From Candidatus Methylomirabilota bacterium (GTDB lineage: Bacteria > Methylomirabilota > Methylomirabilia > Rokubacteriales > CSP1-6): DNA of 64,000 nt. Position 1 is the first letter of the stretch, and every line of letters starts with the position of its first letter. The stretch covers positions 5,491-69,490 of the forward strand of contig JBKOVG010000150.1 of the NCBI GenBank assembly GCA_046723845.1, written 5' to 3'. The translations under genes and the position numbers were made by a program. This document shows, one piece after another, positions 26,852-36,222 of this stretch. The notes under the pieces are model-generated. The model was not told where the DNA came from. It worked only from the letters and a program-made list of their open reading frames with translations, and made no database searches.

Positions 26852-27975
26852 ACTTCTCGTTCAGCGACGACCAGGTCCTCCTGAGGAACTCCGTGCGCTC
26901 GGCTCTCGACGAGCAGTGCAAGCCCGAGCACGTGCGCGCCATGTTCGATGATCCGCGCGGCTACGGCGAGGCGCTCTGGGGCGAGATGGCCAAGCTCGGC
27001 TGGCTCGGCCTCCCCTTCACCGAGGAGCAGGGCGGGGCTGGCCTCGGCCTCGTCGAGCTCGCCATCGTGCTCGAGGAGATGGGCCGCGCCGCCTATCCCG
27101 GGCCCTTCTTCGCCACGGTGGCGCTGGCCGGCCTCGGCATCCAGCTCGCGGGCAACGCCGCCCAGAAGGACCGCTGGCTCTCCGCCATCTCCGCGGGGAA
27201 GGCGCGGGCGACGGCGGCGCTCCTCGAGGAGCATCTCGACTGGGATCCCGCCTCCACCACCACCACGGCCACGCGCGACGGCGCGGGCTGGACGCTCTCC
27301 GGCGTCAAGCGCTTCGTGCCGTGGGCGCACGTGGCCGACGTGGTCCTCGTGCCTGCGCGCGCGCCGGAAGGCCTCTCGCTCTTCCTGGTGGATCCGAAGT
27401 CGCGCGGTGTCGCGCTGTCGCCCATGGTCGGCATCGATCTCGCCAACCGCTGGTCGGAGATGCGCCTCGACAAGGTCGGGGTCGGCGCTGACACCGTGCT
27501 GGGCGCGCCGGGAGCGGCGGGGCCGGTTCTCGACTCCCTCCTCCGTCGCGGCGCCGTCATGGCCTCCGCGGAGATGCTGGGGGCGGCGCGCCGCTGTCTC
27601 GACATGAGCGTGTCGTACGTGAAGGTGCGCGAGCAGTTCGGCCAGCCCGTGGGCTCCTTCCAGGCCATCCGCCACCGCTGCTCGGAGATGCTGCTCGAGG
27701 CGGAGAACGCGCATGCCGCCGTCTACTACGCGGCGTGGGCGCTGGCCGCGGGAGCGGAGGACGCGGGCCAAGCCGCCTCCATCTGCAAGGCCTACGTGAG
27801 CGACGCCGCGCGCAAGGTGTGTAGCGACAGCATCCAGGTCCACGGGGGCATCGGCTTCACCTGGGAGTACGACCTCCATCTCTACATGAAGCGCGCGAAG
27901 GCTCTTGAGCCGCTCTTCGGCGACGCCGAGTTCCACCGCGAGCTGATCGTCCGCTACCTCACCGCCGTCCGCTGA
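26848..27975 (+). CDS. Acyl-CoA dehydrogenase (second, paired subunit)
   Basis: GTG start overlapping the upstream stop. …LGLPFTEEQGGAGLGLVELAIVLEEMGRAAYPGPFFAT…VHGGIGFTWEYDLHLYMKRAKALE. Confidence 0.75.
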   Translation: MNFSFSDDQVLLRNSVRSALDEQCKPEHVRAMFDDPRGYGEALWGEMAKLGWLGLPFTEEQGGAGLGLVELAIVLEEMGRAAYPGPFFATVALAGLGIQLAGNAAQKDRWLSAISAGKARATAALLEEHLDWDPASTTTTATRDGAGWTLSGVKRFVPWAHVADVVLVPARAPEGLSLFLVDPKSRGVALSPMVGIDLANRWSEMRLDKVGVGADTVLGAPGAAGPVLDSLLRRGAVMASAEMLGAARRCLDMSVSYVKVREQFGQPVGSFQAIRHRCSEMLLEAENAHAAVYYAAWALAAGAEDAGQAASICKAYVSDAARKVCSDSIQVHGGIGFTWEYDLHLYMKRAKALEPLFGDAEFHRELIVRYLTAVR

Positions 27976-29135
27976 TGTTCGACCTGCGCGGCGCGCTCGA
28001 CGGCATCACGGTGCTGGACTGCACCTCGTACCTCGCCGGGCCCTACGGGGCCATGATGCTCGCCGACATGGGAGCGAGCGTGCTCAAGGTCGAGTCGCTG
28101 GAGGGCGACTCGTTCCGCGAGCTGCCCGGCTTCTACGGCTGGAATCGCGGCAAGCGCTCCATCGCCGTGAACCTGAAGGACCGCGCGGGGCAGGAGGTGC
28201 TCCACCGTCTCGTGAAGTCGGCGGACGTGCTCATGCAGAACATGCGCCCGGGCGTGGACGAGCGGCTCGGCATGGACGCGGCGACCCTGCGCAAGCTGAA
28301 CCCGCGCCTGATCTACTGCGCCATGACCGCCTTCGGGCCCGACGGGCCCTATCGCGATCGCCCCGGCTACGACCCCGTGTTCCAGGCGCTCGGCGGCGTC
28401 CAGCATCTTCAGGGCTTCGGCGGGCCGCCCCAGTTCGTGCGGGTAGCGGTGACCGACTACTACACAGCGGCCCTGGGCGCCCAGGCCGTGCTCGCCGCGC
28501 TCTTCGTGCGCGAGCGCACGGGGCGCGGCCAGGTCGTGGAGACCTCGCTGCTCCAGGGTGTGCTCGCACTGCAGTCCGGCAGCGTAGTGGACTATCCCAA
28601 CAAGCCGACCTTCCTGCGCGAGACCCCGACCTACCGGCTCTACCAGGCGGGCGACGGCCAGTGGTTCTTCCTCGCCTGCGGCAACCAGGTGTTCTGGGCC
28701 AAGCTCTGCAAGGCCATCGGGCGGACGGAGATGATTGACGACCCGCGCTTCGGCTCCTGGCTCCTTCGCGGCGACAATCGCGACTCGCTGATGCCGATCC
28801 TGGAGGCGACCTTCGCCACCAGGCCGCGCGAGGAGTGGCTGGCGATCCTGAGCGACCACGACATCCCCTGTGCGCCCGTGCAGTCGCTCCAGGAGTTCAT
28901 GCGCGATCCCGGCGTGCAACACATGAAGATGACCGTGCAGTACGAGCATCCCGAGGTCGGTCCTCTCACCCTCATGGGCCAGCCCATCCGCTTCTCCGAC
29001 ACGCCGGCGCCCGACGCGGGGCCGCCGCCCCTCCTCGGCCAGCACACGCGCGCGGTACTGCGCGAAGCGGGCTACGGCGACGAAGACATCGCCGATCTCC
29101 ATCGCCGCGGCGTTATCGCGGGCAAGGATCTTTGA
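27975..29135 (+). CDS. CaiB/BaiF family (class III) CoA-transferase
   Basis: GITVLDCTSYLAGPYGAMMLADMGASVLKVESLEGD… Start overlaps the upstream stop (TGATG). Confidence 0.8.
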   Translation: MFDLRGALDGITVLDCTSYLAGPYGAMMLADMGASVLKVESLEGDSFRELPGFYGWNRGKRSIAVNLKDRAGQEVLHRLVKSADVLMQNMRPGVDERLGMDAATLRKLNPRLIYCAMTAFGPDGPYRDRPGYDPVFQALGGVQHLQGFGGPPQFVRVAVTDYYTAALGAQAVLAALFVRERTGRGQVVETSLLQGVLALQSGSVVDYPNKPTFLRETPTYRLYQAGDGQWFFLACGNQVFWAKLCKAIGRTEMIDDPRFGSWLLRGDNRDSLMPILEATFATRPREEWLAILSDHDIPCAPVQSLQEFMRDPGVQHMKMTVQYEHPEVGPLTLMGQPIRFSDTPAPDAGPPPLLGQHTRAVLREAGYGDEDIADLHRRGVIAGKDL

Positions 29136-29196
29136 TGTTCGAGCCGAGACACTGCCGGGTTGCCGCAGGCACGAGAGTGGCGCGGCGAGGGCTGAG

Positions 29197-29988
29197 ATGA
29201 ATGCAATGGCCGACGAGCCCGTTCGCTCCGAGTCGAAGGACGGCATCCTCACTCTCACCCTCGACCGTCCCGACGTGCTCAACGCCATGAACAACGCCAT
29301 GCGCGCCAAGCTCCTCGAGATCTTCACTCGCCTCCGCACGGACGACACGGTGAAGGTGGTGGTGATCGCGGGAGCGGGCGAGCGGGCCTTCTGCGCGGGT
29401 GCGGACATCCGCGAGTTCCTCGAGCCGCCCACTCCGACCCACTTCCGCGAGTCGCGCAAGCGGCTCGATTTCCGCGCGGAGATGGAGCGCTGCTCGCAGC
29501 CCATCATCGCAGCCATCCGCGGCTTCGCGCTGGGCGGCGGGCTCGAGCTGGCCCTGGCCTGCGACATCCGGATCGCCGCCCAGGACGCGCAGCTCGGCCT
29601 GACCGAGATCAACCTCGCCATCATTCCGGGGGGTGGCGGCACCCAGCGCCTGCCGCGCCTGGTGGGGCGCGGCAAGGCCCTCGAGATGATCCTGACCGGC
29701 ATGCGCGTGCCTGCCGCGGAGGCGCTCCGCATCGGTCTCGTGGAGCGCGTGGTCCCGGTGGCGGAGCTCATGACCGCCGCCCAGGGTCTCGCGCGCCAGA
29801 TCGCGGACAAGGCGCCCATCGCGCTCCGCTACGCCAAGGAAGCGGTGGTGGGCGGGCTCGGGCTGCCCCTGGCCGACGGCATCCGCCTCGAGAACGACCT
29901 GTCCACGCTTCTACGCACCACGGAAGACCGCGTGGAGGGCGCCAAAGCCTTCGTGGAGAAGCGCAAGCCGAACTGGACCGGGCGCTAG
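29197..29988 (+). CDS. Enoyl-CoA hydratase/isomerase (crotonase family)
   Basis: …VVVIAGAGERAFCAGADIREF…AAIRGFALGGGLELALACDIRIAA…. Confidence 0.8.
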   Translation: MNAMADEPVRSESKDGILTLTLDRPDVLNAMNNAMRAKLLEIFTRLRTDDTVKVVVIAGAGERAFCAGADIREFLEPPTPTHFRESRKRLDFRAEMERCSQPIIAAIRGFALGGGLELALACDIRIAAQDAQLGLTEINLAIIPGGGGTQRLPRLVGRGKALEMILTGMRVPAAEALRIGLVERVVPVAELMTAAQGLARQIADKAPIALRYAKEAVVGGLGLPLADGIRLENDLSTLLRTTEDRVEGAKAFVEKRKPNWTGR

Positions 29989-29994
29989 CCGGGA

Positions 29995-30187
29995 CTATTC
30001 ACGAATGCCGCACGTACGACCGGGGGGGGTGGCATCGGGGGCGGGGGAGCGCTCCGGCGGAGTGGGACCCCCTCGTCCTGTGCGCCGCCCGCAGGGCGGC
30101 CATTCAGGCGAGCGGGTGACGCAGCCGGAGCGCTTCCCCGTCCCCGACGACAGGCCCCGACCCGTCTCGCGCTTTGCGTGTTCGTGA
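29995..30187 (+). repeat. MITE/REP-like repeat, copy C (forward orientation), starting 7 nt after the enoyl-CoA hydratase stop
   Basis: Full-length copy with ttcacgaa…ttcgtgaa termini. Near-identical core to copy A, and to copy B in reverse complement. Confidence 0.7.
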
Positions 30188-30212
30188 ATAGTCCAGGCTC
30201 GGCAACGCTCGA

Positions 30213-30602
30213 GTGAAGGCCGGCTCCCGTCGCATATCCTGCCTCCTGGTGACAACGGGATTGCTCGGCGTATGGCCCGCACCGGTGGCCGGCGGAGCTG
30301 CGCAGGGATGGCACCTCCTGGAGCCCCCGGTCGACGAGACCGTCGAGCATGGCCGAGTTCTCGACGACGCCCGCCTCGCGCGATGGACTCGCACCGGCAC
30401 CTTTGCCACCGAGGCCGCGTGCGAGGCAAAGCGACGCGAAGCTCTTGAAGCAACCAGGGCCGAGATGATGCGCTTGTCTCGGACATCTCCGCTGCCATCG
30501 GTCAGCAACTGGCGCAACGCCGATCGCGACCGCCAACTCGTGCAGGCGAGCGATTGCGTCTCTGCTGGCGACGCCCGGCTGACGCCGACATCAAGGCAAT
30601 AG
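30213..30602 (+). CDS. Small secreted hypothetical protein (129 aa)
   Basis: Signal peptide (ISCLLVTTGLLGVWPAPVAG). No family assignment. Confidence 0.4.
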   Translation: MKAGSRRISCLLVTTGLLGVWPAPVAGGAAQGWHLLEPPVDETVEHGRVLDDARLARWTRTGTFATEAACEAKRREALEATRAEMMRLSRTSPLPSVSNWRNADRDRQLVQASDCVSAGDARLTPTSRQ

Positions 30603-30641
30603 GTTGACCGTCCCGAGAGGCGGCGGTAGCATCCGAGCCGC

Positions 30642-31616
30642 ATGCCCTTCGCCTACTTCGAGCGGCTCTCGCGTCGCCAGCAGGGTATCTATCTCAAGAG
30701 CGACAAGATCAGCGCTGTACCCCTCCCGCACGCGCCCGCCCTGCGCCCGCTCGTGGTCGAGCTGGGAGAGGCCCTCGAGAGCGGCGATCGCGCCCTCACG
30801 GAGTCGGCCTCCCAGCGGCTTGCCTCTGCCCTCTCACGCGAGCTCGGCCTGCCCTCGGTGCGGGTCACGGTGCTGGCCGCGCGGCCCCACGCGAAGTGGG
30901 GCGAGCTCCACGGCCTGTACGAGTCGACGGGAAAGCCGGGGAATCCGCCCACCATCACCCTCTGGATGCGCACGGCGCGGCAGAAGCGCGTGGTCGCCTT
31001 CCGGACGTTCCTCCGCACGCTGCTACACGAGATGGGGCATCACCTCGACTACACGCTGCTGAAGCTCGAGGACTCGCTGCACACGCAGGGCTTCTATCAG
31101 CGCGAATCGCACCTCTTCCATCAACTCGTCACCGACGGGGGACCCGGCATGGCCACGCTGGACGAGCAGCTCGCGCGCATGGAACGGACGGTCGACGACT
31201 ACGCGGCCGCCATCAAGGGCGTCCCGGATGCCAAGCTCTCGAAGCGGCCCGACGACAAGAACTGGTCGGCCAAGGAGGCGCTCTGCCACGTGCGCGACAT
31301 CGAGGAGGCCTTCATGATGCGCTTCCAGAGCGTGCTCGCCATGGACGAGCCCAAGTTCCTGCCCGTGGAGCCCGACCGCTGGGCGGTGGAGCGCCAGTAC
31401 CAGCGCAACGACGCCCAGGAAGCGCTCGCCGCCTTCAAGGCGCGGCGCGACGAGACGCTACGCTTCCTGCGCGGGCTCAAGCCCGAGCAGTGGGACCGCG
31501 GCGGGATCCACGCCACGCGCGGGAAGATGACCATCAAGGACTTCGTCGAGCTGCTCGCCTGGCACGACGACAATCACCTCGACCAGCTCAAGCGCGCCCT
31601 CGACGGCAAGGCCTGA
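30642..31616 (+). CDS. Two-domain protein: an N-terminal HExxH (putative zinc metallopeptidase-like) domain fused to a C-terminal DinB_2-like domain
   Basis: LLHEMGHHLDY motif in the N-terminal half. The C-terminal half has DinB/YfiT-like metal-ligand spacing (…CHVRDIEE…WHDDNHLDQ…). Confidence 0.55.
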   Translation: MPFAYFERLSRRQQGIYLKSDKISAVPLPHAPALRPLVVELGEALESGDRALTESASQRLASALSRELGLPSVRVTVLAARPHAKWGELHGLYESTGKPGNPPTITLWMRTARQKRVVAFRTFLRTLLHEMGHHLDYTLLKLEDSLHTQGFYQRESHLFHQLVTDGGPGMATLDEQLARMERTVDDYAAAIKGVPDAKLSKRPDDKNWSAKEALCHVRDIEEAFMMRFQSVLAMDEPKFLPVEPDRWAVERQYQRNDAQEALAAFKARRDETLRFLRGLKPEQWDRGGIHATRGKMTIKDFVELLAWHDDNHLDQLKRALDGKA

Positions 31617-31793
31617 GCAGGTCGTGGGCAGGCCTGCCCGCGCTGCCGTCGAAATGAGCACGCCGGCGCCCCCCTCGGGGGCCGTCTCCGCACAACCCGC
31701 TGAATCTGCGCTAGAATCCCGCCGGTCCCGATCTCCGGTGTCCGGGCACGGTGTTTGTAACCGTCCGAGCCGCTCACACCAAAGGAGACCTAT

Positions 31794-32927
31794 ATGACCG
31801 CGAAGCTCCGCACCCGCAAGACCCTGCTCACGGCCGTGGCCGCCCTGGGCCTGCTCCTGGGCGCCGGCCTCTACGCCGTGGCCCAGCAGGCGATGGACGA
31901 GTCCAAGCGCGAGCGCGCTGTCGCCGTCCCGGGCGGCACCTACTACGTGCTGCCGGCCACCCTCGAGACCACGCAGTGGGGCTGGCTCGATCCGAAGGAG
32001 CCGCCCAAGCTCACGGTGAAGTCGGGCGACACCGCGGCCGTGGAGACAATGATGCACTCGCACAACAAGATCGTCCCCGGCACCACCATGGACGAGATCA
32101 TCGCGCTCCGGAAGGCGAACCCCGGGGGCGGGCCGCACTCCGTCACTGGCCCCATCTACGTGGAGGGCGCCGAGCCCGGCGACGTGATGGAGATCCGCAT
32201 CATCAAGATCACCCCCAAGGCCTTCGGCGCCAACTTCAACCTGCCCGGCAAGGAGTTCCCCACCATCGGCGCGCTCGCCTCCGAGATGCCCGACGGCTTC
32301 CTCAAGTACTTCTATCTCGACCTCGACAAGCGCCAGGCCGAGTTCAAGTCCGGCATCGTGATCGAGCTGCAGCCCTTCCCGGGCGTCCTCGCGGTGGGCA
32401 TCGATCCCAAGGACCCGTCGCCGCGCAAGGGCGGGGCTACCGATCCCATGGCGCCCGTCTCCACGCTCCGGCCGTGGAAGAACGGCTCCAACATGGACAT
32501 CAACGAGATCCAGGAGGGGACGACGCTGTTCATCCCCATCTTCCTCAAGGGCGGGCTCGTGTGGACGGGCGACTCGCACTGCCGTCAGGGCAATGGCGAG
32601 GTCAACCTCACCGCGCTCGAGTGCTCGTACCGCGAGATGGTCATGCAGCTCATCGTGCGCAAGGACATGAAGCTCGAGTGGCCGCGCATCGAGAGCAAGA
32701 CGCACTGGATCACCACGGGCATGGACGAGGATCTCAACAAGGCCATGGTCAACGCCGTGCGCGAGGCGGTGGACATGCTCGCGGCCCAGAAGGCGGTGTC
32801 CCTCAGCCGCTACGAGGCCTACTCGCTCGTGTCCATGGTCGGCGACTGCCGGGTGAGCCAGGTGGTGGACGTGCGGAAGGGCGTGCACTGCATGATCCCG
32901 AAGTCGATCTTCACCGCCAAGAAGTAG
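31794..32927 (+). CDS. Acetamidase/formamidase (FmdA_AmdA) family protein with an N-terminal signal peptide
   Basis: AAGGAG Shine-Dalgarno. Signal peptide LLTAVAALGLLLGAGLYAVAQQA, then …ITPKAFGANFNLPG…TGDSHCRQGNGEVNLTALECS…. Confidence 0.75.
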   Translation: MTAKLRTRKTLLTAVAALGLLLGAGLYAVAQQAMDESKRERAVAVPGGTYYVLPATLETTQWGWLDPKEPPKLTVKSGDTAAVETMMHSHNKIVPGTTMDEIIALRKANPGGGPHSVTGPIYVEGAEPGDVMEIRIIKITPKAFGANFNLPGKEFPTIGALASEMPDGFLKYFYLDLDKRQAEFKSGIVIELQPFPGVLAVGIDPKDPSPRKGGATDPMAPVSTLRPWKNGSNMDINEIQEGTTLFIPIFLKGGLVWTGDSHCRQGNGEVNLTALECSYREMVMQLIVRKDMKLEWPRIESKTHWITTGMDEDLNKAMVNAVREAVDMLAAQKAVSLSRYEAYSLVSMVGDCRVSQVVDVRKGVHCMIPKSIFTAKK

Positions 32928-32933
32928 GGCCCG

Positions 32934-33857
32934 GTGCGGCGGGCGCTCCCGGCCGGCGCGCTCGTCGCGGCCGTGGCGGTGGCGGGGATGGCCGCCGCTG
33001 CCGCATGGGGCGGCGCTCCCCTCTCTGTGGTCGCCACCACCACGGATCTCCGGTCGCTCGTGGAGGCGGTGGGCGGCGATCGCGTGGCGGTGGACGCGCT
33101 CGTGTCGCCCGGGCAGGATCCCCACGCGGTCGACATCAAGCCCGGCCAGCTCGTCGCGCTCAAGCGCGCCGTCCTCCTCGTGCGCGTGGGCCTCGACCAC
33201 GAGCCGTGGCTCCCGCGGGCGCTCCGAACCGCGCGGGGGCCGGACTCCCTGCCCGCCGATCTCGACTGCTCCCGGGGCATCGCGCTCCTCCAGGCGGAGA
33301 CCTCGCGCGTGCGGTCGGAGCGCGGCGTGCACGTGCACGGATTCGGCAACCCGCACTACTGGCTCGATCCCGAGAATGCCCGGCCCATCACCGCGGGCAT
33401 CCTGGACGCGCTCGCGCGTCTGGCGCCGGCCGACCGGGGCTACTTCGAGCGGCGACGCGCGGACTTCCTCGCCCACCTCGACGTGGGGCTCGTCCGCTGG
33501 CAGGCCGCGCTGGCCCCTGCCAAGGGCGCCCGCATCGTGGTGGTGCACGAGAGCTGGCCATACTTCGCCCGCCGCTTCGGCCTCGAGATCGTGGCCGCGG
33601 TGGAGCCGACGCCGGGCGTGCCTCCCTCGCCTGCCTCGCTCGCCTCGCTCACGCGGCAGATGAAGGACGCCAAGGTGCGCGTGATCATCGCCGAGCCGTA
33701 CTCCGACGCGGCCCTGGTGCGACGGGTCGCCGCGCTCGGGGGCGCGCGCGAGGTAGAGCTCGCCGCCTCCGTGGGGGCGCTGCCCGAGGCGCGCGACTAC
33801 CTCGCGCTCTTCGACGTCGACGTGGCGCGCCTCGCCGAGGCTCTCCGGTCGCGCTGA
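32934..33857 (+). CDS. Metal ABC transporter substrate-binding protein (ZnuA/TroA family)
   Basis: GTG start and a signal peptide. …HVHGFGNPHYWLDPENARP…IVVVHESWPYFARRFGLE…. Confidence 0.7.
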   Translation: MRRALPAGALVAAVAVAGMAAAAAWGGAPLSVVATTTDLRSLVEAVGGDRVAVDALVSPGQDPHAVDIKPGQLVALKRAVLLVRVGLDHEPWLPRALRTARGPDSLPADLDCSRGIALLQAETSRVRSERGVHVHGFGNPHYWLDPENARPITAGILDALARLAPADRGYFERRRADFLAHLDVGLVRWQAALAPAKGARIVVVHESWPYFARRFGLEIVAAVEPTPGVPPSPASLASLTRQMKDAKVRVIIAEPYSDAALVRRVAALGGAREVELAASVGALPEARDYLALFDVDVARLAEALRSR

Positions 33858-35140
33858 TGCTCGAGCTGCTGTGGGTCCCCTTCCTGGCCTGTCTCGTCCT
33901 CACCGCCATCCACGTCTATCTCGGCCTCCACGTGCTCGCCCGGGGCGTCATCTTCGTGGACCTGGCTCTCGCCCAGGTCGCGGGCCTCGGCGTCACCGTG
34001 GCCTTCCTCGCCGGCCACCCGATCCAGAGCGAGGCGGCCTACTGGTACGCGCTCGCCTTCGCGGTGGGCGGCGCTGCCCTCTTCTCACTCACGCGCGCGG
34101 AGCGGGGCCGTCTGCCCCAGGAGGCGATCATCGGCATCGTCTACGCGGTGTCCGCCGCGCTCGCCGTACTGGTGGTGGATCGCGCGCCCCAGGGCGCGGA
34201 GCACATCAAGCAGCTCCTCGTGGGCGACGTCCTCACCGTCTCGCCCAGCGAGGTCGGTCGCCTCGCCCTCCTCTACGCGGTGATCGGTCTCCTCCACGTG
34301 CTCATGCGGCGACCGCTCCTCGAGATCTCCTTCGATGCCGAGGGCGCGGTGAGCCGGCGGCGCGCCGTGCGCTGGTGGGATTTCGCCTTCTACGTCACCT
34401 TCGGCGTGGTGGTGACGAGCTCGGTGCGGATCGCTGGCGTTCTCCTCGTATTCTCGTACCTGATCGTGCCAGCCGCCGTGGGGGCGCTGGCCACTCGCTC
34501 AGTGAGCCATCGTCTGCTCCTCGGCTGGGCGCTGGGAGCGCTCGTAAGCGCGGGCGGCCTCTGGGCGTCTTTCGCCTGGGATCTGCCGACGGGCGCCGCC
34601 ATCGTGGCGACCTTCGGAGCCCTCATGGCCGTGGTGGGCATGGCGTGCGGGGTGCGCGCCCTCGTGCGCGGCGGGTGGGCGTCCCTGGTCACGCTGGGGG
34701 TTGCCGCGTGCGCGGCGGTCGCGCTGGCCGGGCTCCTCCTCGCGCTGTTTCCCCGCATGGATCATCACTGGCTCGACTGGCTCGAGTCCGGGGTCCCCGC
34801 GGTGGAGCTCGCCTTCCTCTCTCCCGCCGAGCGTCAGGCGTGGCGGGACAGCCGCGAGGGCCTCGCGCGCGGAGCGAGCGAGCTGCGCCGTCTCCGCACC
34901 CTCCAGGAGGACGTCCAATGGGGCCGGGCCACGCTCTCCCCGGAGCAGCAGGAGCGGCTCCGGCAATTCCTCGCCGCGCGCGGTGAGATCACCGCGGGGG
35001 ATCGCTTCGTGCTCGCCACCCTTCGTGGGCGTGCGCGCGAACGGGAGCGCTACTGGCTCGGGGTGCCGTTGCTGCTGGCGGGCGCGGCGGGAGGGCTGGC
35101 CCTCGCCGCGCGCGAGCGCGGTGCGACGGTGACTAGCTGA
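33857..35140 (+). CDS. Metal ABC transporter permease (ZnuB/TroC-like) with a ~150-aa C-terminal extension. No adjacent ATPase gene.
   Basis: ATG overlaps the upstream stop. ABC-3 type permease core, then a charged helical extension ending in an extra TM helix (YWLGVPLLLAGAAGGLALAA). The 1129-aa ORF from 31751 is spurious. Confidence 0.65.
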   Translation: MLELLWVPFLACLVLTAIHVYLGLHVLARGVIFVDLALAQVAGLGVTVAFLAGHPIQSEAAYWYALAFAVGGAALFSLTRAERGRLPQEAIIGIVYAVSAALAVLVVDRAPQGAEHIKQLLVGDVLTVSPSEVGRLALLYAVIGLLHVLMRRPLLEISFDAEGAVSRRRAVRWWDFAFYVTFGVVVTSSVRIAGVLLVFSYLIVPAAVGALATRSVSHRLLLGWALGALVSAGGLWASFAWDLPTGAAIVATFGALMAVVGMACGVRALVRGGWASLVTLGVAACAAVALAGLLLALFPRMDHHWLDWLESGVPAVELAFLSPAERQAWRDSREGLARGASELRRLRTLQEDVQWGRATLSPEQQERLRQFLAARGEITAGDRFVLATLRGRARERERYWLGVPLLLAGAAGGLALAARERGATVTS

Positions 35141-36200
35141 GCGAGGCGCCGGGCACCGCGGGAGCCGGCACGTCCACCACTGTCTGATAGTTCGGATCGC
35201 GCCGGAGCTTCCAGATGAAGGCGTCGACCACGAAGTGGTGGATGTTGATGATGGCCGTCACGAGGAGCCCGCTCTGCACGATGGGGAAGCCGAGCAGCCA
35301 GTAGGCCTGCGGCCAGCGGAAGAAGAGCACCCAGCCGAGGATGAGGCAGGTCACGTAGAACGTCGCGGTGTGGAAGAACCAGCCGTGCGCGTTCGTGCTC
35401 CGCCGTGCCTGATCCTTGACGTGGAAGATGCTCACGATGGCCAGGTACTGGAGCCCGTGGAACACCGTGGCCCACACGAAGGCGTTGAAGTAGTTGAAGA
35501 GCGTCCACCAGACGGCATTGGACACGATCACCACGAGGCTGATCAGGGGTAAGGCCTGCTCGCGCCGCGAGCGTCCCCACAGCCAGAGAGCCGCGGGCGC
35601 GGCGAGGGAGAGCACGGCGAGCGCCTGCATCACCTGTTGGCGGAACGGAAACGCGGCGTAGAACGTGCGCGGGAGGATGAGGGCCATGCCGCCGTCGGGA
35701 TGCAGGAGCGTCCAGAAGAACGGCAGGAGGCACACCCAGAGGATGAGCCGCTTGCCCAGGCCCTCCAGCGCGCCCCCGGAGCGGTACGCGTACATCACGC
35801 TGAGGCCGTAGGCCTGGCGCGAGTAGTGATAGGGCGACCAGACGAGATAGAGCGCGAAGAGGTACCGGCCGAAGGGATCGCCCACCACGAGGGCGGCTGT
35901 CACCACCGCCACCGCGATCACCGGGAAGGCAAGGGTGAGGATGGGCCAGCTCTTCACGGCGTCCGGCCTCGTGTAGAGCCGCACGGTGGAGGCCGCGAAG
36001 TGCGCCCAGTTCGACACGAGGATCGCCCACCACAGGAAGGGGTCGTCGTCGGGAAAGTTGTAGCCGCCGAAGTAGAGGAAGGCGCCCGCGGCCCAGCTCA
36101 GGAGCCCGCCGATGAGCAGGTAGTCGAAGACCGGCCCCACGAACATCGTGCCGAGGGAGATCGTGCGCGGCGGAGCGGTGTCGGCGACGGCGCCATCCAT
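35133..36200 (-). CDS. Hypothetical polytopic membrane protein
   Basis: About ten predicted TM helices. Aromatic-rich, with no family assignment. Confidence 0.5.
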   Translation of the reverse strand: MDGAVADTAPPRTISLGTMFVGPVFDYLLIGGLLSWAAGAFLYFGGYNFPDDDPFLWWAILVSNWAHFAASTVRLYTRPDAVKSWPILTLAFPVIAVAVVTAALVVGDPFGRYLFALYLVWSPYHYSRQAYGLSVMYAYRSGGALEGLGKRLILWVCLLPFFWTLLHPDGGMALILPRTFYAAFPFRQQVMQALAVLSLAAPAALWLWGRSRREQALPLISLVVIVSNAVWWTLFNYFNAFVWATVFHGLQYLAIVSIFHVKDQARRSTNAHGWFFHTATFYVTCLILGWVLFFRWPQAYWLLGFPIVQSGLLVTAIINIHHFVVDAFIWKLRRDPNYQTVVDVPAPAVPGASLS

Positions 36201-36222
36201 ACTTCCACCCTAGCACGCCGGG

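Noticed and set aside
31751-35140. 1129-aa ORF on the plus strand spanning three genes
   Set aside because: Only its last 427 codons (from ATG 33857) encode the ZnuB-like permease. Upstream it runs in the wrong frame through the formamidase and ZnuA-like genes and translates to a poly-Arg/Gly/Pro string.
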